DNA from: Octopus sinensis
Lineage: Eukaryota
Assembly (NCBI RefSeq): GCF_006345805.1
Contig: NW_021832247.1
Coordinates: 1 to 62,143 of the forward strand
Direction: 5' to 3'
DNA: 62,143 nt
In this document: piece after piece, positions 1-14,703 of the stretch
Position numbering within the stretch: position 1 is the first letter of the stretch
How the letters are laid out: every line of letters begins with the position of its first letter
Program-made: the position numbers and the translations under genes
The notes under the pieces: generated by a model
What the model saw: the letters and a program-made list of their open reading frames with translations, nothing else
Told to the model about the DNA's origin: nothing
The model's database searches: none

Positions 1-97
1 GGGTTTAAAATGTCCTGGGTTCGACACGCCCGACTGAAACCCTTGAAGGCAGTGCTCCAGCATGGCCGCAGTCAAATGACTGAAACAAATAAAAGAA
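1..97 (+). mobile_element. SINE family A, 3' end only (cut by window edge)
   Basis: GTGCTCCAGCATGGCCGCAGTCAAATGACTGAAACAA matches the 3' end of full copies at 42901-43342 and 49681-50076. Confidence 0.85.
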
Positions 98-108
98 TGT
101 ACACACAC

Positions 109-140
<32 letters not shown>

Positions 141-220
141 TATATATTATATGTATATACATACATACGTACATACATACACACACGCATACATACATGC
201 ATACATACATATATATATAT

Positions 221-614
221 CTTTTACTTGTTTCAGTCATTTGACTGCGGCCATGCTGGAGCACCGCCTTTAGTCGAGCAAATCGATCCCGGGACTTATT
301 CTTTGTAAGCCCAGTACTTATTCTATCGGTCTCATTTGCCGAACCGCTAAGTGACGGGGACGTAAACACACCAGCATCGGTTGTCAAGCAATGCTAGGGG
401 GACGAACACAGACACACAAACATATACACACACACTTATATATATGTACTTATATACGACAGGCTTCTTTCAGTTTCCGTCTACCAAATCCACTCACAAG
501 GCATTGGTCGGCCCGGGGCTATAGCAGAAAACACTTGCCCAAGATGCCACGCAGTGGGACTGAACTCGGAACCATGTGGTTGGTTAGCAAGCTACTTACA
601 ACACAGCCACTCCT
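221..614 (-). mobile_element. SINE family A, near full length (tRNA-like head, internal CA/TA microsatellite)
   Basis: Reverse complement starts AGGAGTGGCTGTGT (box A-like) with GAGTTCAGTCCC (box B-like); collinear with other copies in the window. Confidence 0.92.
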
Positions 615-616
615 AT

Positions 617-1531
617 ATATATTCATAAAACAGAAGTTTGAAATCGCCACTATATAAGATAAATTTTAATTTTCTTAGAAATTTTACGTTTCGGTTCTTC
701 TTGAAAAAACGAACCTTATCGAAAATATTTTTAAAAGTGTAATAAAAAGTTCATAATTGTTTCTTACTAGCCTCAACAGAGACCACGTGGTGTTTTTTTC
801 TTGTGCGGTGGGGGGAGCATAACAGTTGTCTTGTGTGTTGACTAGTTTCGTTGGCTGTAGTTAGGAAATGACCAGTGGCCGAAATAGCTGTAGTAGCAGT
901 GACTGTTGGTCGTAGTAGCATTGACCATGGTGAGGGAGGTTGGAGTTGCAGCAGTTCATTGGCTGTAGTACTAGCAGCAGCAGTAGTGGAAGTGACCGTT
1001 ATCAACAGCTGTGGAAGACTGTTGGTCGTAGTAGTAATGGTAGTGACCATGGTAGTAGTAGTAGTAGTAGTAGTGATCGTGGTGGTAGTGGTAGAATTCC
1101 ATTTTTCTCTTCGGAAAACCAATATAAGGTTTTAATGTTCCTGGCCCAGGGTGTTTAAACTTGGTCCGAATTTTCCAATAAAATAGTCCTTTATTATGAG
1201 GTTGGGTGAAAGTTACGTTGTTACTGAATAGGTAAAAGTGGGAAAGTAGTAGTCACTGCTACTACTGCTATTTCGGCCACTGGTCATTTTCCCCACTACA
1301 GCCAACGAATCTAGTCAACACGCAAAACAGCTTTTATGCAAACCGCCCACACACACACACCCACCACCACTGTTGAGATTAGTAAGAAACAATTATGAGC
1401 TTTTTATTACACTTAACTTTTAAAATATTTTGGTCAATGTTCGTATTTTCAAGAACAACAAAAACATGTAAAATTTCAAAGAAAATTAAAATATTTCTTA
1501 TGTAGTGGCGTTTTCTTTTTTATAAATATAT
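617..1531. mobile_element. Foldback/MITE-like element with ~290-bp imperfect inverted arms and a (GTA)n-rich core
   Basis: Arms ~617-904 and ~1251-1531; three blocks of 26-39 bp match in inverted orientation with one mismatch each. Confidence 0.65.
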
Positions 1532-1573
1532 TCATTTTTATAAATTTATACCCACTCGTATACCACCTACACT

Positions 1574-1606
<33 letters not shown>

Positions 1607-1610
<4 letters not shown>

Positions 1611-1808
1611 GGTTATAAAATGAGATAGGGGTTGAAAAATTCAACCCACCATGGGATAACATATATCCAATATACTGCTAGATAGGTACCCAACAAGACT
1701 AATACATAGATGTTAAAAATTGCCAAGCAATTAGTTCATCTATTGTATTATATGGGCAAAGGTAATAATATTACCGTAAATTAATACTACAAATTAGAAA
1801 ATGGAGAA
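1607..1808 (-). mobile_element. (TA)n-flanked short insert, probable PLE-type 3' tail
   Basis: Bounded by TA repeats; hairpin GGGTTGAA/TTCAACCC (1629-1647) followed on the minus strand by CTCA near the TA tract. Confidence 0.4.
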
Positions 1809-1984
1809 ATATATATATAATGCTGCTTTTTCAAGAAATTCACAGTCGCCCAGTTATTGGCGTTTCCCTCGATTTCACGGCGGATTGTCATTGGTTGAGC
1901 ATGAGATGCGTGTTGTGTATTTAAAGAATACGGACAGGATACGACAAATTACTTCGTTCTTTTACTTGACTAACCTCTCAACTT

Positions 1985-1987
<3 letters not shown>

Positions 1988-2016
<29 letters not shown>

Positions 2017-2337
2017 TGTATGTATGTATGTATGTATGTATGTATGTATGTATGTATGTATGAATGTATGTATGTATGTATGTATGAATGCATTATCTAT
2101 CTAGCTATCTATTTATCTGTATGTCTGTGTATATGTGTGTGTGTGTTTATGTGTGTGTTTGCGTGTGTGTGTGTGAGAGAGAGTGAATGTGTGCAAGTAT
2201 GTGCCTCTGAGTTTCATGAATAGTTATATATGCGAACGGGGGTTCGTGTGCAAATTTACGCGCATAACATATACATACAAACACACACACAGACTCGGCC
2301 CTACACACGCACACAGACACACATACACACACACACA

Positions 2338-2396
<59 letters not shown>

Positions 2397-2400
2397 TTAT
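1988..2400. repeat. Compound microsatellite (ATGT)n, (GT)n, (CA)n, (TA)n
   Basis: Direct reading. Confidence 0.95.
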
Positions 2401-3049
2401 ATGACTAGGATTGCATTCATCATTCATATCAGCTTTACTGATTTTTCCTCTAATAGAGCGAAAACGACATTTACTTATATTCTTCCAACTGCCTTTAATT
2501 CTACATTATATCCACAGACAAAAGAATTCTAGTTTTTATAACGACATCATTCAATATTCGCTTGAACACCTTCAAAATACGTATGTGCAATGCATCTGTA
2601 ATTAAAACCTCCATGTCTGCCGGATAACAACATCCGTCTTTAATGAACAGCGTATAACGTATGACCCGGGGGAGATTCATATCCTATTTCTATCGTTTAC
2701 GTTGAGAATATTCAGAATAGTACAACAGTAAACAATGGAAGAGAAAGCAGAAATAAAATTTGACCAAGCTTTTAATACTGCAACAGGGGTAGCTTAAGAT
2801 TATATTTCACAAAACATACCATTGTATTCCAGTACTTGAATGGGAAAAATTCAAGTTTTGGTGGAAGGCACAATGGCTAGCTAAGAATAATTACCTCAAG
2901 TATTGCAACTCTAACCTAATTTAAACTGGCACTGCTTACCAAATTCCTTTTGTCTCTGCTGGTTTTATGAGAACATTTCTTGCATAATTCTCTTTTTATG
3001 GTGTACATTCTGAAGAAATTCCTTGTCTTGATATCAATGCGGACCAAGA

Positions 3050-3252
3050 GGGAGAGTGAGAGACAAAGAGAGCGAATGTAAGAGGAGATACAGACTTAGA
3101 GAGACAGAGACAGGAGAAGAGAGAGAGAGAGAGAGGCAGAGAAAGAGAGAGAGAGAGTGGGTATGTTACTAGTGGGAAGAAAGAACAAATGAAAGCAGGG
3201 AAATTAAGAGAGACAGACTCGGATGGATGAAATTGTGATATATATATATATA

Positions 3253-3296
<44 letters not shown>

Positions 3297-3383
3297 TAGA
3301 TATTATATATATATATATATTATATAATATATATATAATAATATATATAATATACATATATATATATACATATATATATATAC

Positions 3384-3432
<49 letters not shown>

Positions 3433-3740
3433 GTGTGTGTGTGTGTTGTGTGTGTGTGTGTTTGTGTTGTGTGTGGTGTGTAAGAGAAAAAGAGTTTTGG
3501 TGCGGGAAGGAAACGGAGAGAGCAATTAGAAATATAGAGACATAAAAGAGAGTGAGAGACGGGGAGACAAAACAGGGGACAGAGAGAGAGAGGGGGGAAA
3601 GTCACAGAGAGAGGGAGAGAGAGAGAGAGTGAGAGAGAGAGAGAGTGAGAGAGAGAGAGAGTGAGAGAGAGTGATAAAGTAAATGGTGATAGCGCAACAA
3701 AGAAAGAGAAGGATATAGACAGACAAAGAAGTGAAAAGGA
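3050..3740. repeat. GA-rich, (TA)n and (GT)n microsatellite block
   Basis: Direct reading. Confidence 0.9.
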
Positions 3741-4056
3741 AGAATCAAGAATTTTGAGGTGGGGAGAATCGATTACAAGAATTGTGACTTGCCTTTTTTT
3801 TTGCGTTTCAATTGTTCCTTTTATTGTTGTTCATCCGTTCTTTATTGTTTTGTCTTATTTCACCAGTGAATACAATAGAATCTAAGAGATAACACTGCGC
3901 TGAAGTAAAACGCCGAATCGATAGTTTGGTGGCATTTTAAATGGCTCACGGAATGGAGGTTCGTATTCCGTTAAATATGATCTGCTAAGCAGTTATGGCT
4001 ATATATCATATATCTTATATTTTATTGAAGATGTTGGTTCTGAATATGCATATCAA

Positions 4057-4436
4057 AGCACTCCGTCGGTTACGACGACGGGGGTTGTAGGTGATCAGAT
4101 CAATGGAACAGCCTGCTCGTGAAGTTAATGTGCAAGTGGCTGAGTACTCCACAGACATGTGTACTCTTGTCGTAGAACTCGGGGAGATTCATCGTGACAC
4201 AGAGTGTGACAAGGCTGGCCCCTTTGAAATACAGGTACAACAGAAACAGGAAGAAAGAGTGAGAGAAAGTTGTGGCGAAAGAGTACAGCATGGTTCGCTA
4301 CCAAACCCTGCCGGAGCATCGTGGAACTTTAGTTGTTTTTGCTCAATAAACACTCACAACGCCCGGTCTGGGAATCGAAACCGCGATCCTACGACCGCAA
4401 GTCCGCTGCCTTAACCACTGGGCCATTGCACCTCCA
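4057..4436 (-). mobile_element. SINE family B, full length, with TSD
   Basis: Head GGAGGTGCAATGGCCCAGTGGTTAAGG with GGTTTCGATTCCC on the minus strand; TSD AATATGCATAT at 4043-4053 and 4439-4449. Confidence 0.93.
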
Positions 4437-4654
4437 CAAATATGCATATAGACACAAGTATACATAAATAAACACACATGAACGGATATATATGTACATT
4501 TATGTAATCTATACATATAATGTGTGGAGAGTGGGGATTGGGGATTGGGTGCGTTTGCATATACATTGAAAAAAAAAGTAAAAAGAAGACACACAGTATT
4601 GTCAAGTTTTAACAAAGGCGTTATTTGACTCGTTTACAGTTTGCAAAGAAAAAG

Positions 4655-4695
4655 ATAGTTAACGTTTCGGAAGCATGTCATTCATCAGAGAAACG
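4655..4695 (-). ncRNA. Degenerate minimal hammerhead-like motif
   Basis: Minus strand CTGATGA-ATGACATGCTTCC-GAAA-CG-TT; stems I and II pair poorly. Confidence 0.3.
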
Positions 4696-6307
4696 AAGAA
4701 GAAATAGTGTCGATGGGAAGTAAGGAATCGATAACAAAAGGTCTTTACGAATCAGGTGGGAGTGCAGTTTTCTGGGGAAGAGGTTAAGAAGACTCAAGAG
4801 TTGGTGAATTGTGTGCATGTATAGGAGATCATCTGCTTAATGGGATGGGTGTAGGGGATAGAGAGTGAGTAGAAATTAGGTAAATTTTACGCGTGCTAGG
4901 TTAACTGACATTTCAGACATACTAGTGAAATGCACATTACGGCTTGCATACTGGCAGGCACGTCCGTATTATAATTCGTTAGAATTACGATCCATAAAGT
5001 TTGTCAAGTCGCTCAGCCGTTGATAAATATAACTAAACATGAAACATCTAAAATGCTTGATTCAACTTCTCATATATTTAATTAGTACATATTTAATCAG
5101 TTCACCGGAAAAGACGTATTTACATTCGCTTTTAGTTTACAAGTTGCAGTTCCAACTCTAGTGTATTCCTTTCAATATAGTTAATTGACTAAGCCGACTA
5201 GATTTGAACCAAGCATCTATCTATCGATTAAAGCTGCAACAAAAATGACTACAACATATAATGAATAAATATAATGAAAGTAGTAATAAAGAAAATAATA
5301 AAAAAAAACAATCATACTGAAGCAAACTACTAAAGACTGTTATCAAATCTCGCCAAATCCCATGAGATTTATATAACAGTTAGCCGTATTTATTAAACAA
5401 TTTTCAAGTAGTCTCTCATACGCATCATTAATTTATCGAAGCGCTCCATTGCTACTCATACTACATCATTCTTTGATCAAAGAGTTTATATATTTGAGCT
5501 AGCTAAGAACTTCCTAACATGTATAACAAACATTAAAAGATAAAGTTATATTTGACGTAATTTCTTCTTGTTTACATGAAGGTCTGGCGGAAAGATTCGA
5601 AACGAAATAACCACTCACAAAAACACGTCTTTATTAGGTGTTCATGTTATTATTGTTGTTGTTTTTATTAGCCCCAGTTTTCGATTCATCGAGTAGTTCT
5701 ACGATCAAAGCTGTTCCACTCGTGACCACTCCACCATTTTTGTTTTACCAACGCTTATATTATCAGCTGCATTGTTTTTCTCAGATGATCAGACGATTTT
5801 GATTGGGGTTTGATGAAAATTTTAAAACCAGATAAAATTAAAGCTTTGGGTACCAGTATTGTGAATTTTGTTCCAAAATCTACTCTATGTGATTCGAATT
5901 CATATAATTTGGTGTATGATTGATTTACGTTACACTACACATCTAGAGTGTAAATGTGACTAATAGCAGCAACATGCAAATTAGTGTGTAAACCTCTTTG
6001 ATACTGGGTCTCAAAATTTTTACGGTCTGTTGCAATGGAGTTCGGTAAAAAGAGGTTATTTTTGTATTTCAGATAAAAAGTTGACAACTGTAATATTTTT
6101 TACTATAAGCACACGGCTTGGAATTTTGTGGAAGGGGGTAAGTCGATTGTATCGTTCTAAGGATTCGTTTAATACTTCTTTAGAGACCAGAAAAAGGTGG
6201 AAAGCGAAAATGACCACGGCGAAATATTTAAGTGTGAATATAATGACATACGGAAGGCCGCTAAGCATTTCATTCAGCGTGCAAATGACTATGCCAGCTC
6301 GGCAAGT

Positions 6308-6308
6308 C

Positions 6309-6355
<47 letters not shown>

Positions 6356-6386
6356 CAGTAGTAGCAGTAGCAGCAGCAGTAGTAGC

Positions 6387-6420
<34 letters not shown>

Positions 6421-6500
6421 ATGTGAAGAAGAAGAAGAAGAAGAAGAAGAAGAAGAAGAAGAGAAGAAGAAGAAGAAGAAGAAGAAGAAGAAGAAGAAGA
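6308..6500. repeat. (TAG)n/(CAG) tract followed by (GAA)n
   Basis: Direct reading; source of the poly-S/K/R and poly-L/F ORFs. Confidence 0.97.
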
Positions 6501-7171
6501 GGAATACCGCAGTAAATATCAAACAACATGGACGTGTGACGGCGAGCTGCCGCGAAGATAGATCAAATCTGAAACCATCTCGAAGCAGGAATTAAGAATC
6601 GGCAGAAGCAATGAAAGAAAACTATGACTTAATGTAAGCCAACTCGGGAAACTAAGATTATTCTGTAGCACTGACCACTTCGCAAGACCCACACCATCAT
6701 CTACACAGCTACACATGTACACACGCACACGTCAATATCACCAGTTCCTATCCACACCGACACCTTCATTTTGAGATCACCACTAATTTTTTATCTCCCC
6801 TTCTTCCTAGCTCTCCTGTCTGAGAGCACCTCTGTCCGGCATTCACCATGATTGATCTGTAGCTACCTACCTGCTAACCACCACATGGGGAGATATATGT
6901 ACATACGTAGGTATGTATGTAAGTATTTACGTATGAATGCTTATGCGTATGCAAATGTATATGTGTACAAGTATGTTGATTATGTTCCTACAGATTTGCA
7001 ATGTTTTTGTGTTTTTGCTTCCTTTCAATGCGTCGGAGGATGGTTTAAATTAATAAAGAGCATATTGGGCATTATATGTACAGGCCTTCCATTCATAATC
7101 TACTTCACTCTCAATTCGGTGATGTAACTGGGAAGAAATAATTATATTTATTGAGGATATTCTCTAATTCA

Positions 7172-7269
7172 TCTCCTCTGAAGAAAGAATACTTGGCTTT
7201 TCTAGATAAATATTTGCTCCTTGAGATATGCACCGCCTACACAGCTATTCCAGAAACAGCTGTAAGAGG
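7172..7269 (+). ncRNA. Type I hammerhead ribozyme-like motif (partly decayed)
   Basis: CTGAAGA 7178-7184; stem II GAATA/TATTC with a mismatched base; GAAA 7253-7256; palindromic stem III ACAGCTGT; GUA site; stem I TCTCCT/AGAGG with one bulge. Confidence 0.55.
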
Positions 7270-7759
7270 CATTATGCACAACATTTTCATCCTTCCTCTG
7301 ACATTTTCATCCTTTATTTCTCTGCAATGAATTTTGAATTAAAATATCCATTCACTAAATGATAGCACGTGATTTGTCTGGTCATTCTTTCGTTGACTAT
7401 AATAAATGTATGCCTATACACACACAACACACACACACACACACAACAAACAACACATTTATATGTATAAAGTAACAAACTAAGAAAAGGAATTGCTTGA
7501 AAGGGGTGTGTAAAACATACAGTTCACTGGTACGTCAGTTGAATACCACATAAATATGGGTGTAATGCAAATTACAAACAAAAAATGAAAAAGAGAGATT
7601 CAATTGACAGTCTAATAATTTATTTATCTTATAATATAACAGACTAGGAATATAATATAATATAAGATAGCATAAAAATCATTAAAAGAACCCAAAGAAT
7701 CAACAATTTGTTTTGACCTAATTACATTATTTGATTGATAATGGCTCGCAATGTAGGTA

Positions 7760-8133
7760 GGAGCACTCCGTCGGTTACGACGACGAGGGTTCCGGTTGAT
7801 CCGATCAACGGAACAGCCTGCTCGTGAAATTAACGTGTAAGTGGCTGAGCACTCCACAGACACGTGTACCCTTAACGTAGTTCTCGGGGATATTCAGCGT
7901 GACACAGAGAGTGACAAGGCCGGCCCTTTGAAATACAGGTACAACAGAAACAGGAAGTAAGAGAAAGTTGTGGTGAAAGAGTACAGCAGGGATCACCACC
8001 ATCGCTGCCGGAGCCTCGTGGAGCTTTAGGTGTTTTCGCTCAATAAACACTCACAACGCCCGGTCTGGGAATCGAAACCGTGATCCTACGACCGCGAGTC
8101 CGCTGCCCTAACCACTGGGCCATTGCGCCTCTA
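7760..8133 (-). mobile_element. SINE family B, full length, with TSD
   Basis: Collinear with 40045-40432; TSD TATTTGATTGATAA at 7728-7741 and 8138-8151. Confidence 0.93.
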
Positions 8134-8996
8134 CGGCTATTTGATTGATAAACAATACATATCCACTTATATATGTTTCTTCCGAGCTTTGGTTTATAGA
8201 CAGACGACATTCCGTGGGAAAGGACGGCTGGATCGTAAAAACATTAATTCAATTGCCTATGTATTATGAGCGTGTGCGTTAACTTTCAACTACATAACAA
8301 TTACAATTAAAAAAATATTATAACGGACAAAATAATTAAGTAAATAAAATCTACAGTTATCGAAATATATCTCTATATATCTCAAATAATATTAAGCCAA
8401 ACTCGTTTAGGTCGAAGGCAAACTTTGGTTATTATGATAATATACAACAATATATAGATATAAGAATGAAGTATCAGGATCTTATTTAATCTCGAGAATG
8501 TAATAAAAGTTATAAATAAATATAAAAGTTAATATATTACTATATTGTTAATATATAACAACTCTTCGCTTTTATTTAAAGGTATTGATATAAAAAAAAA
8601 ATATTTAAAGTAACTAAAAAAAAACGTTATTTTTTATTTAGTTTATCATGGGAAGAATTCCGCAATAAATATGAAGAGAAACCTAAGAAATACGTTCTTT
8701 ATTTACTTAATTTATCTGAAGAATTCAGTAATAAATATGAAGAAACACTTAGTGCTAAAATAACTTCTGCCTATATAACCCCATATATAGAGAGTTAGGT
8801 AATAATAATGGGTGTCAAAATATTACTAGTTTTTCAGAACTAACCAGATTTGAATTCACTTAAATAGGGATTATTTACTGTAAATAAGAAGTAAATGTCC
8901 CTAGATTCGTATACTACGGAAGGGAGAACTCAGCAAATAAAATAAAGTAAGATAAACTAAAACAAAGATTGAGTACCGATCCTCGGTAACTTTATT

Positions 8997-9347
8997 CACT
9001 CTTTCACTCTTTTACTCTTTTACTTGTTTCAGTCATTTGACTGCGGCCATGCTGGAGCACTGCCTTTAATCGCGCAACCCGACCCCGATACTTATTCTTT
9101 TGTAAGCCCAGTACTTATTCTATCGGTCTCTTTAGCCGAACCGCTAAGTAACAGGGACATAAACACACCAGCATCGGTTGTCGAGCAATGCTAAGGGGAC
9201 AAACACAGACACACAAACACACTCACATACATATATATATACATATATACGACGGGCTTCTTTCAGTTTCCGTCTACCAAATCCACTCACAAGGCTTTGC
9301 TCGGCCCGAGGCTATAGTAGAAGACATTTGTCCAAGGTGCCACGCAA
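8997..9347 (-). mobile_element. SINE family A, lacking most of the tRNA-like head
   Basis: Collinear with family A copies; short (ACTCTTTT)-type tail repeats. Confidence 0.9.
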
Positions 9348-9729
9348 TATTATTTTTTAAATAAATGACTATAAGTAGTATATATTCGAATTTTATTAAT
9401 TCTTTCAGAAGTAACAAATTGTAATTGGTGTGCAGTTGACGCTCACGTTCATAATCCATAGGGATTTCAATTAATTTTTGTTTTCTATCCAGCCGTTCTT
9501 TCACATGGAATTTCGCCTGACTACAAACCAAATCTCCGAAGAGACATATATAAGTGGATACGGATTGTATATAAATCAAATAATGTGTATTAGTCGAAAC
9601 AAATTGTTGGCTTTTTGCATTTTTAATGATATTTTATGTTATCTTATATTCATAGTCTGCTTATGATGTAATATAAATAGAATATTGATTGGATCTTTCT
9701 ATTTAAGTTATATGCATATATTATATTAT

Positions 9730-9776
<47 letters not shown>

Positions 9777-9954
9777 CATATATATATATATAGAATATAT
9801 ATATATATATATGTGTGTGTATACACACACACATACACACATTATATATAATATATATATATATATATAATATATATATATATAATATACATATGTATTA
9901 TATATATATAATTTATATATTATATATGTGTATATATGTAATATATATAATATA

Positions 9955-9995
<41 letters not shown>

Positions 9996-11210
9996 ATTTT
10001 TCTTTTGCATCATGTCACATTGTGTTCACCAATATAAAAAAATATGCGTCTGAAACAGCTGTAACGGACAGCAATCCATGTGTTGTTATACATACATACT
10101 TACGTACACATACATACATGCACACACATGAACACACACATATAACATAACTAAATCGAGTGCGCGCGCACACACACACATAACAATAGAAAGCGTGCGG
10201 GGGGGGTTAGTTTTGTTTGTTAGCGTGTGTGACATCATCTGTAATCGTTGTCATTCGTTTGCCTGAATCTATTGCAAACAATACTAGCATTACTCAACCT
10301 CAGAGTAAATAAATTAAAAGAGATTGTGTAATATCAAGAGGTGACACTCTAGAAAACTCTGGTATTATTGTTATGGCGATAAGTGTAATATACTGAAAGG
10401 GGGTAAATTATTTTGAAGAGCATAAAACAAAAGATCTATAGAGGCGATGAAATATATTAATACATTAACGTTAATCTGATGAATATAAAGTTACATTATT
10501 ATATTTTGTAAAGTAGATTAAGTGTTCCGGCTTGTGTTAAAATCTTGTAAAGATTTTCCATAAAAAATATACAAGATTCTCAATGCTTAAACTTATCTAA
10601 TTACCGATTTTCTGTTTAGTTTTCGTATAATAGGTTCATCCAACTAATTTCTATTCTGAAACCCCTTTTTTTTTCTCTTAATTATTTTGTTTTGAATCGG
10701 GTATGCGATGTCAAGCAATTTTGGAATTCCACTTCATATTTATTGAGGTAATAATTGTATATCTTGCTTGCTTTTTATTTTTCCGTTATGAGTGCTGACT
10801 ACTAAGCACTTGAAAGTGTTGCAACCACAGAACTAATTAAGAGTCGATATTTTTGTTTTTTGCTGTGTGTCATTAAAGTTAGCGGTTCAATTCCATTGAG
10901 ATCAACATTGAATTACATCCCTTCAGACCGATGAATAAAATTATCAGTCGCGTGGAAGGTGAGATGATATAACTTAAAACCCTTTCCACAAAATTCCTAG
11001 CTTTGAGCTTAAATAATGTACTCTTAATGATAAACACCTGAGATAATTATATTTCGAAATTACTTATCATTTTTCTATGTTTTCTTTTCTTAATATCCGG
11101 GTTCTAGTTTTGGTATTCAGGTTCTCTGGAGTCTTTATTATAATTAACAATAATATATATTTTCTATTTAATCACCGTTATTTTCTCTTCCCACAACACA
11201 TACGTTATTT

Positions 11211-11382
11211 TATTTTCTCTCGATATACACCTAAGTTTATTTGGTTAATCGTTCTCCCAACCCATAGTGTACTTACTGGATAGTATAATCCAAGGTAGAC
11301 AATGCAGCGAAACAAATTATTGGATTGTCAATTGAATCTCTCTATTTAATTTATTAGCATATATATATATTATATATATATA

Positions 11383-11415
<33 letters not shown>

Positions 11416-11605
11416 ACTGCCTTTTATCATTATTTCAACAATGAAAATTAAATATAAGAGGGCACAAAATGTGAGGAGACCTTTTATTATATATATATAT
11501 TTTCTCTCGATATACACCTAAGTTTATTTGGTTAATCGCTCTGCCAACCCATAGTGTACTTACTGGATAGTGCAATCCAAGGTAGACAATGCAGTGGAAC
11601 AAATT
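11211..11605. repeat. 108-bp direct duplication flanking a (TA)n tract and a short insert
   Basis: Copies at 11211-11318 and 11498-11605, about 6 mismatches. Confidence 0.9.
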
Positions 11606-11759
11606 TGAGTTGATATTCGATGTTTGAATCAGAAAACAACAAAGCAAAATATCGGGGATTATTACCGTTTCGATCTGGCTTTTTGCAAAGCGAAGAAATT
11701 CACTGTTGAAAAAGAATCCATTCATGCATTGGAGTTGAGCTTTATTTCAACAAAACCAG

Positions 11760-11955
11760 ATTCCTTTCGATTGTAGGCTCAAAGCCTAAAATTTTAAGAG
11801 AGTTTGGTGGTCGGACCCTTAGTTACATATTTCATCGACTTCGAATTGATGAAAATCAAAGCGGGCATCGGCGAAATTTGAACTCAGTAAGCAAAGATGG
11901 ACGAAACGTCACAAAACATTTTAATCCGGCGTGCTTATGCTTCTGGCAGAGGACT
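11760..11955 (-). mobile_element. Old degenerate SINE family C copy
   Basis: GATGAAAATCAAAGC...CGGCGAAATTTGAACTCAG resembles the reverse complement of the family C core. Confidence 0.55.
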
Positions 11956-12360
11956 GCCTTATTTTAGCAACATCAGAATGATATTTCACTTTAGTATGAT
12001 TTCAATACTGATTGCAAGAAAAAAAATTAATTTAACACCCAAATTTATTTTTGTAACCAAAATATTGTTCTCTCCTTCATCGTGACAGTCAGGCTTAACT
12101 ACGTGTATATAATTGAGATAGGACGCACATCCGTTTCTTATGTAGTGCATCAGTTACCATTTTCAAAATATCTACTTTCTGATTAGTCCTTATATTATAT
12201 ATGTGTGTGTGTGAGTGTGTGAGTATGTTCGTGTGTATACGTGTGAGTATGTATGTCTGTATTTGTGCGTGTGTATAGATATATATATACATACATTCAT
12301 ATATGTATATGCATTTAAATATGTATATATATATATATGTGTTGTGTAATATATATATAT

Positions 12361-12409
<49 letters not shown>

Positions 12410-12415
12410 TATATA

Positions 12416-12607
12416 GGGAGAATTTACGAAGAAAAACAAGAGTCGAAGGACAGGTGGGGTAGAAAAACAAATAGATGTATTAGTATAACGCTCAGGAAGA
12501 GAAAAAGTCTTTTATATTTCGATCTACGCTCTTCTACAGAAAGGGACACAGAAAAAACAAGGAGAGAAAAACATGTGTGTAGTGGCTAACGATCTATCAT
12601 GGCGACT
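12416..12607 (-). mobile_element. ~190-bp TA-adjacent repeat with variant hammerhead-like core
   Basis: Second copy at 29662-29851; minus strand CTTT-CTGTAGAA-GAGCGTAGATC-GAAA-TA-TA-AAAG at 12509-12543. Confidence 0.75.
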
Positions 12608-12665
12608 AGTGCCGGACATATCTATATCTATATCTATATCTATATATAATATATATATATATATA

Positions 12666-13148
<483 letters not shown>

Positions 13149-14035
13149 ATATATATACATATATATATATATATAAAATATATATACATACATACAAACA
13201 CACACACATACGCACCTGTATGTATGTATGTATGTCTGGTGTGTCTATGCCAATTTGATTACTATTAGAATTTTAGGTATGCATATTAAGTATAAAAACA
13301 TGGAAGAACCCATTTAAATATTTGCTTTTCTGAAGACAGACGTAATATATCTGTGATGACTAGTACATTGACCAACCTCACAGACACCCCTTTCCTTCGC
13401 AATGGTAAAAACCGGTTAGTGCGCTCTATTTATAGTGTTCTCTCATATAATAAGGAACAGTTTGGTAGAAACATTGTATAGGGGAGAATAGAAATTTTTG
13501 TTTTGTTCTACTTGAACAGCAAAAAATAATTAAATTAAATATTGCGGTTTCTCTCACACATTTCCTTGTTTAATATTCATCACAATCGCTTATATATTTG
13601 GTCTGGATAGAGAATGTTTGTAATGAAACAGACAAAAAAAAAATGTAGAGGGAAATGAGAAATGAATATTATGATTTAAAGACAAACCTTATGGATGGAT
13701 TCTTCTATTTATTTCATTTCCAACCAACTTTGAATGTTATGAATGGTCACTAATACAATTCTGATTTTATGAGGTTTTATACAAAGCTAATATCTTAACA
13801 CAATTCGATTCCTGTTTTGTTTTTATTTAAAATGCATTCAAGGAACACGAAAACAAAATATTGTATTTTTTTTTATTGCTACGTTTTATAGTAACTACGT
13901 AACCAGCAGCACAACTCATAACGTTTCAAACTCCTTTTATGAATAGTAAATTGCCTCAGTTTCGGTTGCTGTCAGTCATTTTTGTTGTAGAACGGTAGTC
14001 TGTACACCATACATATAGCTAGCACTTTATCCGCT

Positions 14036-14065
14036 CTATATATATATATATATTATATATATATT

Positions 14066-14110
<45 letters not shown>

Positions 14111-14123
14111 TATATATATATGC

Positions 14124-14164
<41 letters not shown>

Positions 14165-14486
14165 TATATTATATATCCATACATACATATATATATAATT
14201 TATATATATATATACATATATAATTATATATACATACATATATATATTATATATTATATATATTATATACATGTATACATATATATACATACATATATAT
14301 ATATACATACATATAATATATATCTTAGTATATATATATATATATATCATATTATATATATATATTATACTTCCTATATATATATACATACATACTATAT
14401 ATGTATAGGTATTATGTATATATATGTATGTAGATATATTTATATGTATATATATGTGTGTGTGTGTATAAAAAAATATATAATAT

Positions 14487-14529
<43 letters not shown>

Positions 14530-14611
14530 AACACATACACACACACACACACACATATATTATATATATTATGCAATCACATATATACACACACACATAT
14601 ATGTATATATG

Positions 14612-14667
<56 letters not shown>

Positions 14668-14703
14668 TGTATATATATATGCAAACACACAAACACACAC
14701 ACA
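14036..14703. repeat. Long degenerate (TA)n/(CA)n array
   Basis: Direct reading. Confidence 0.97.
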
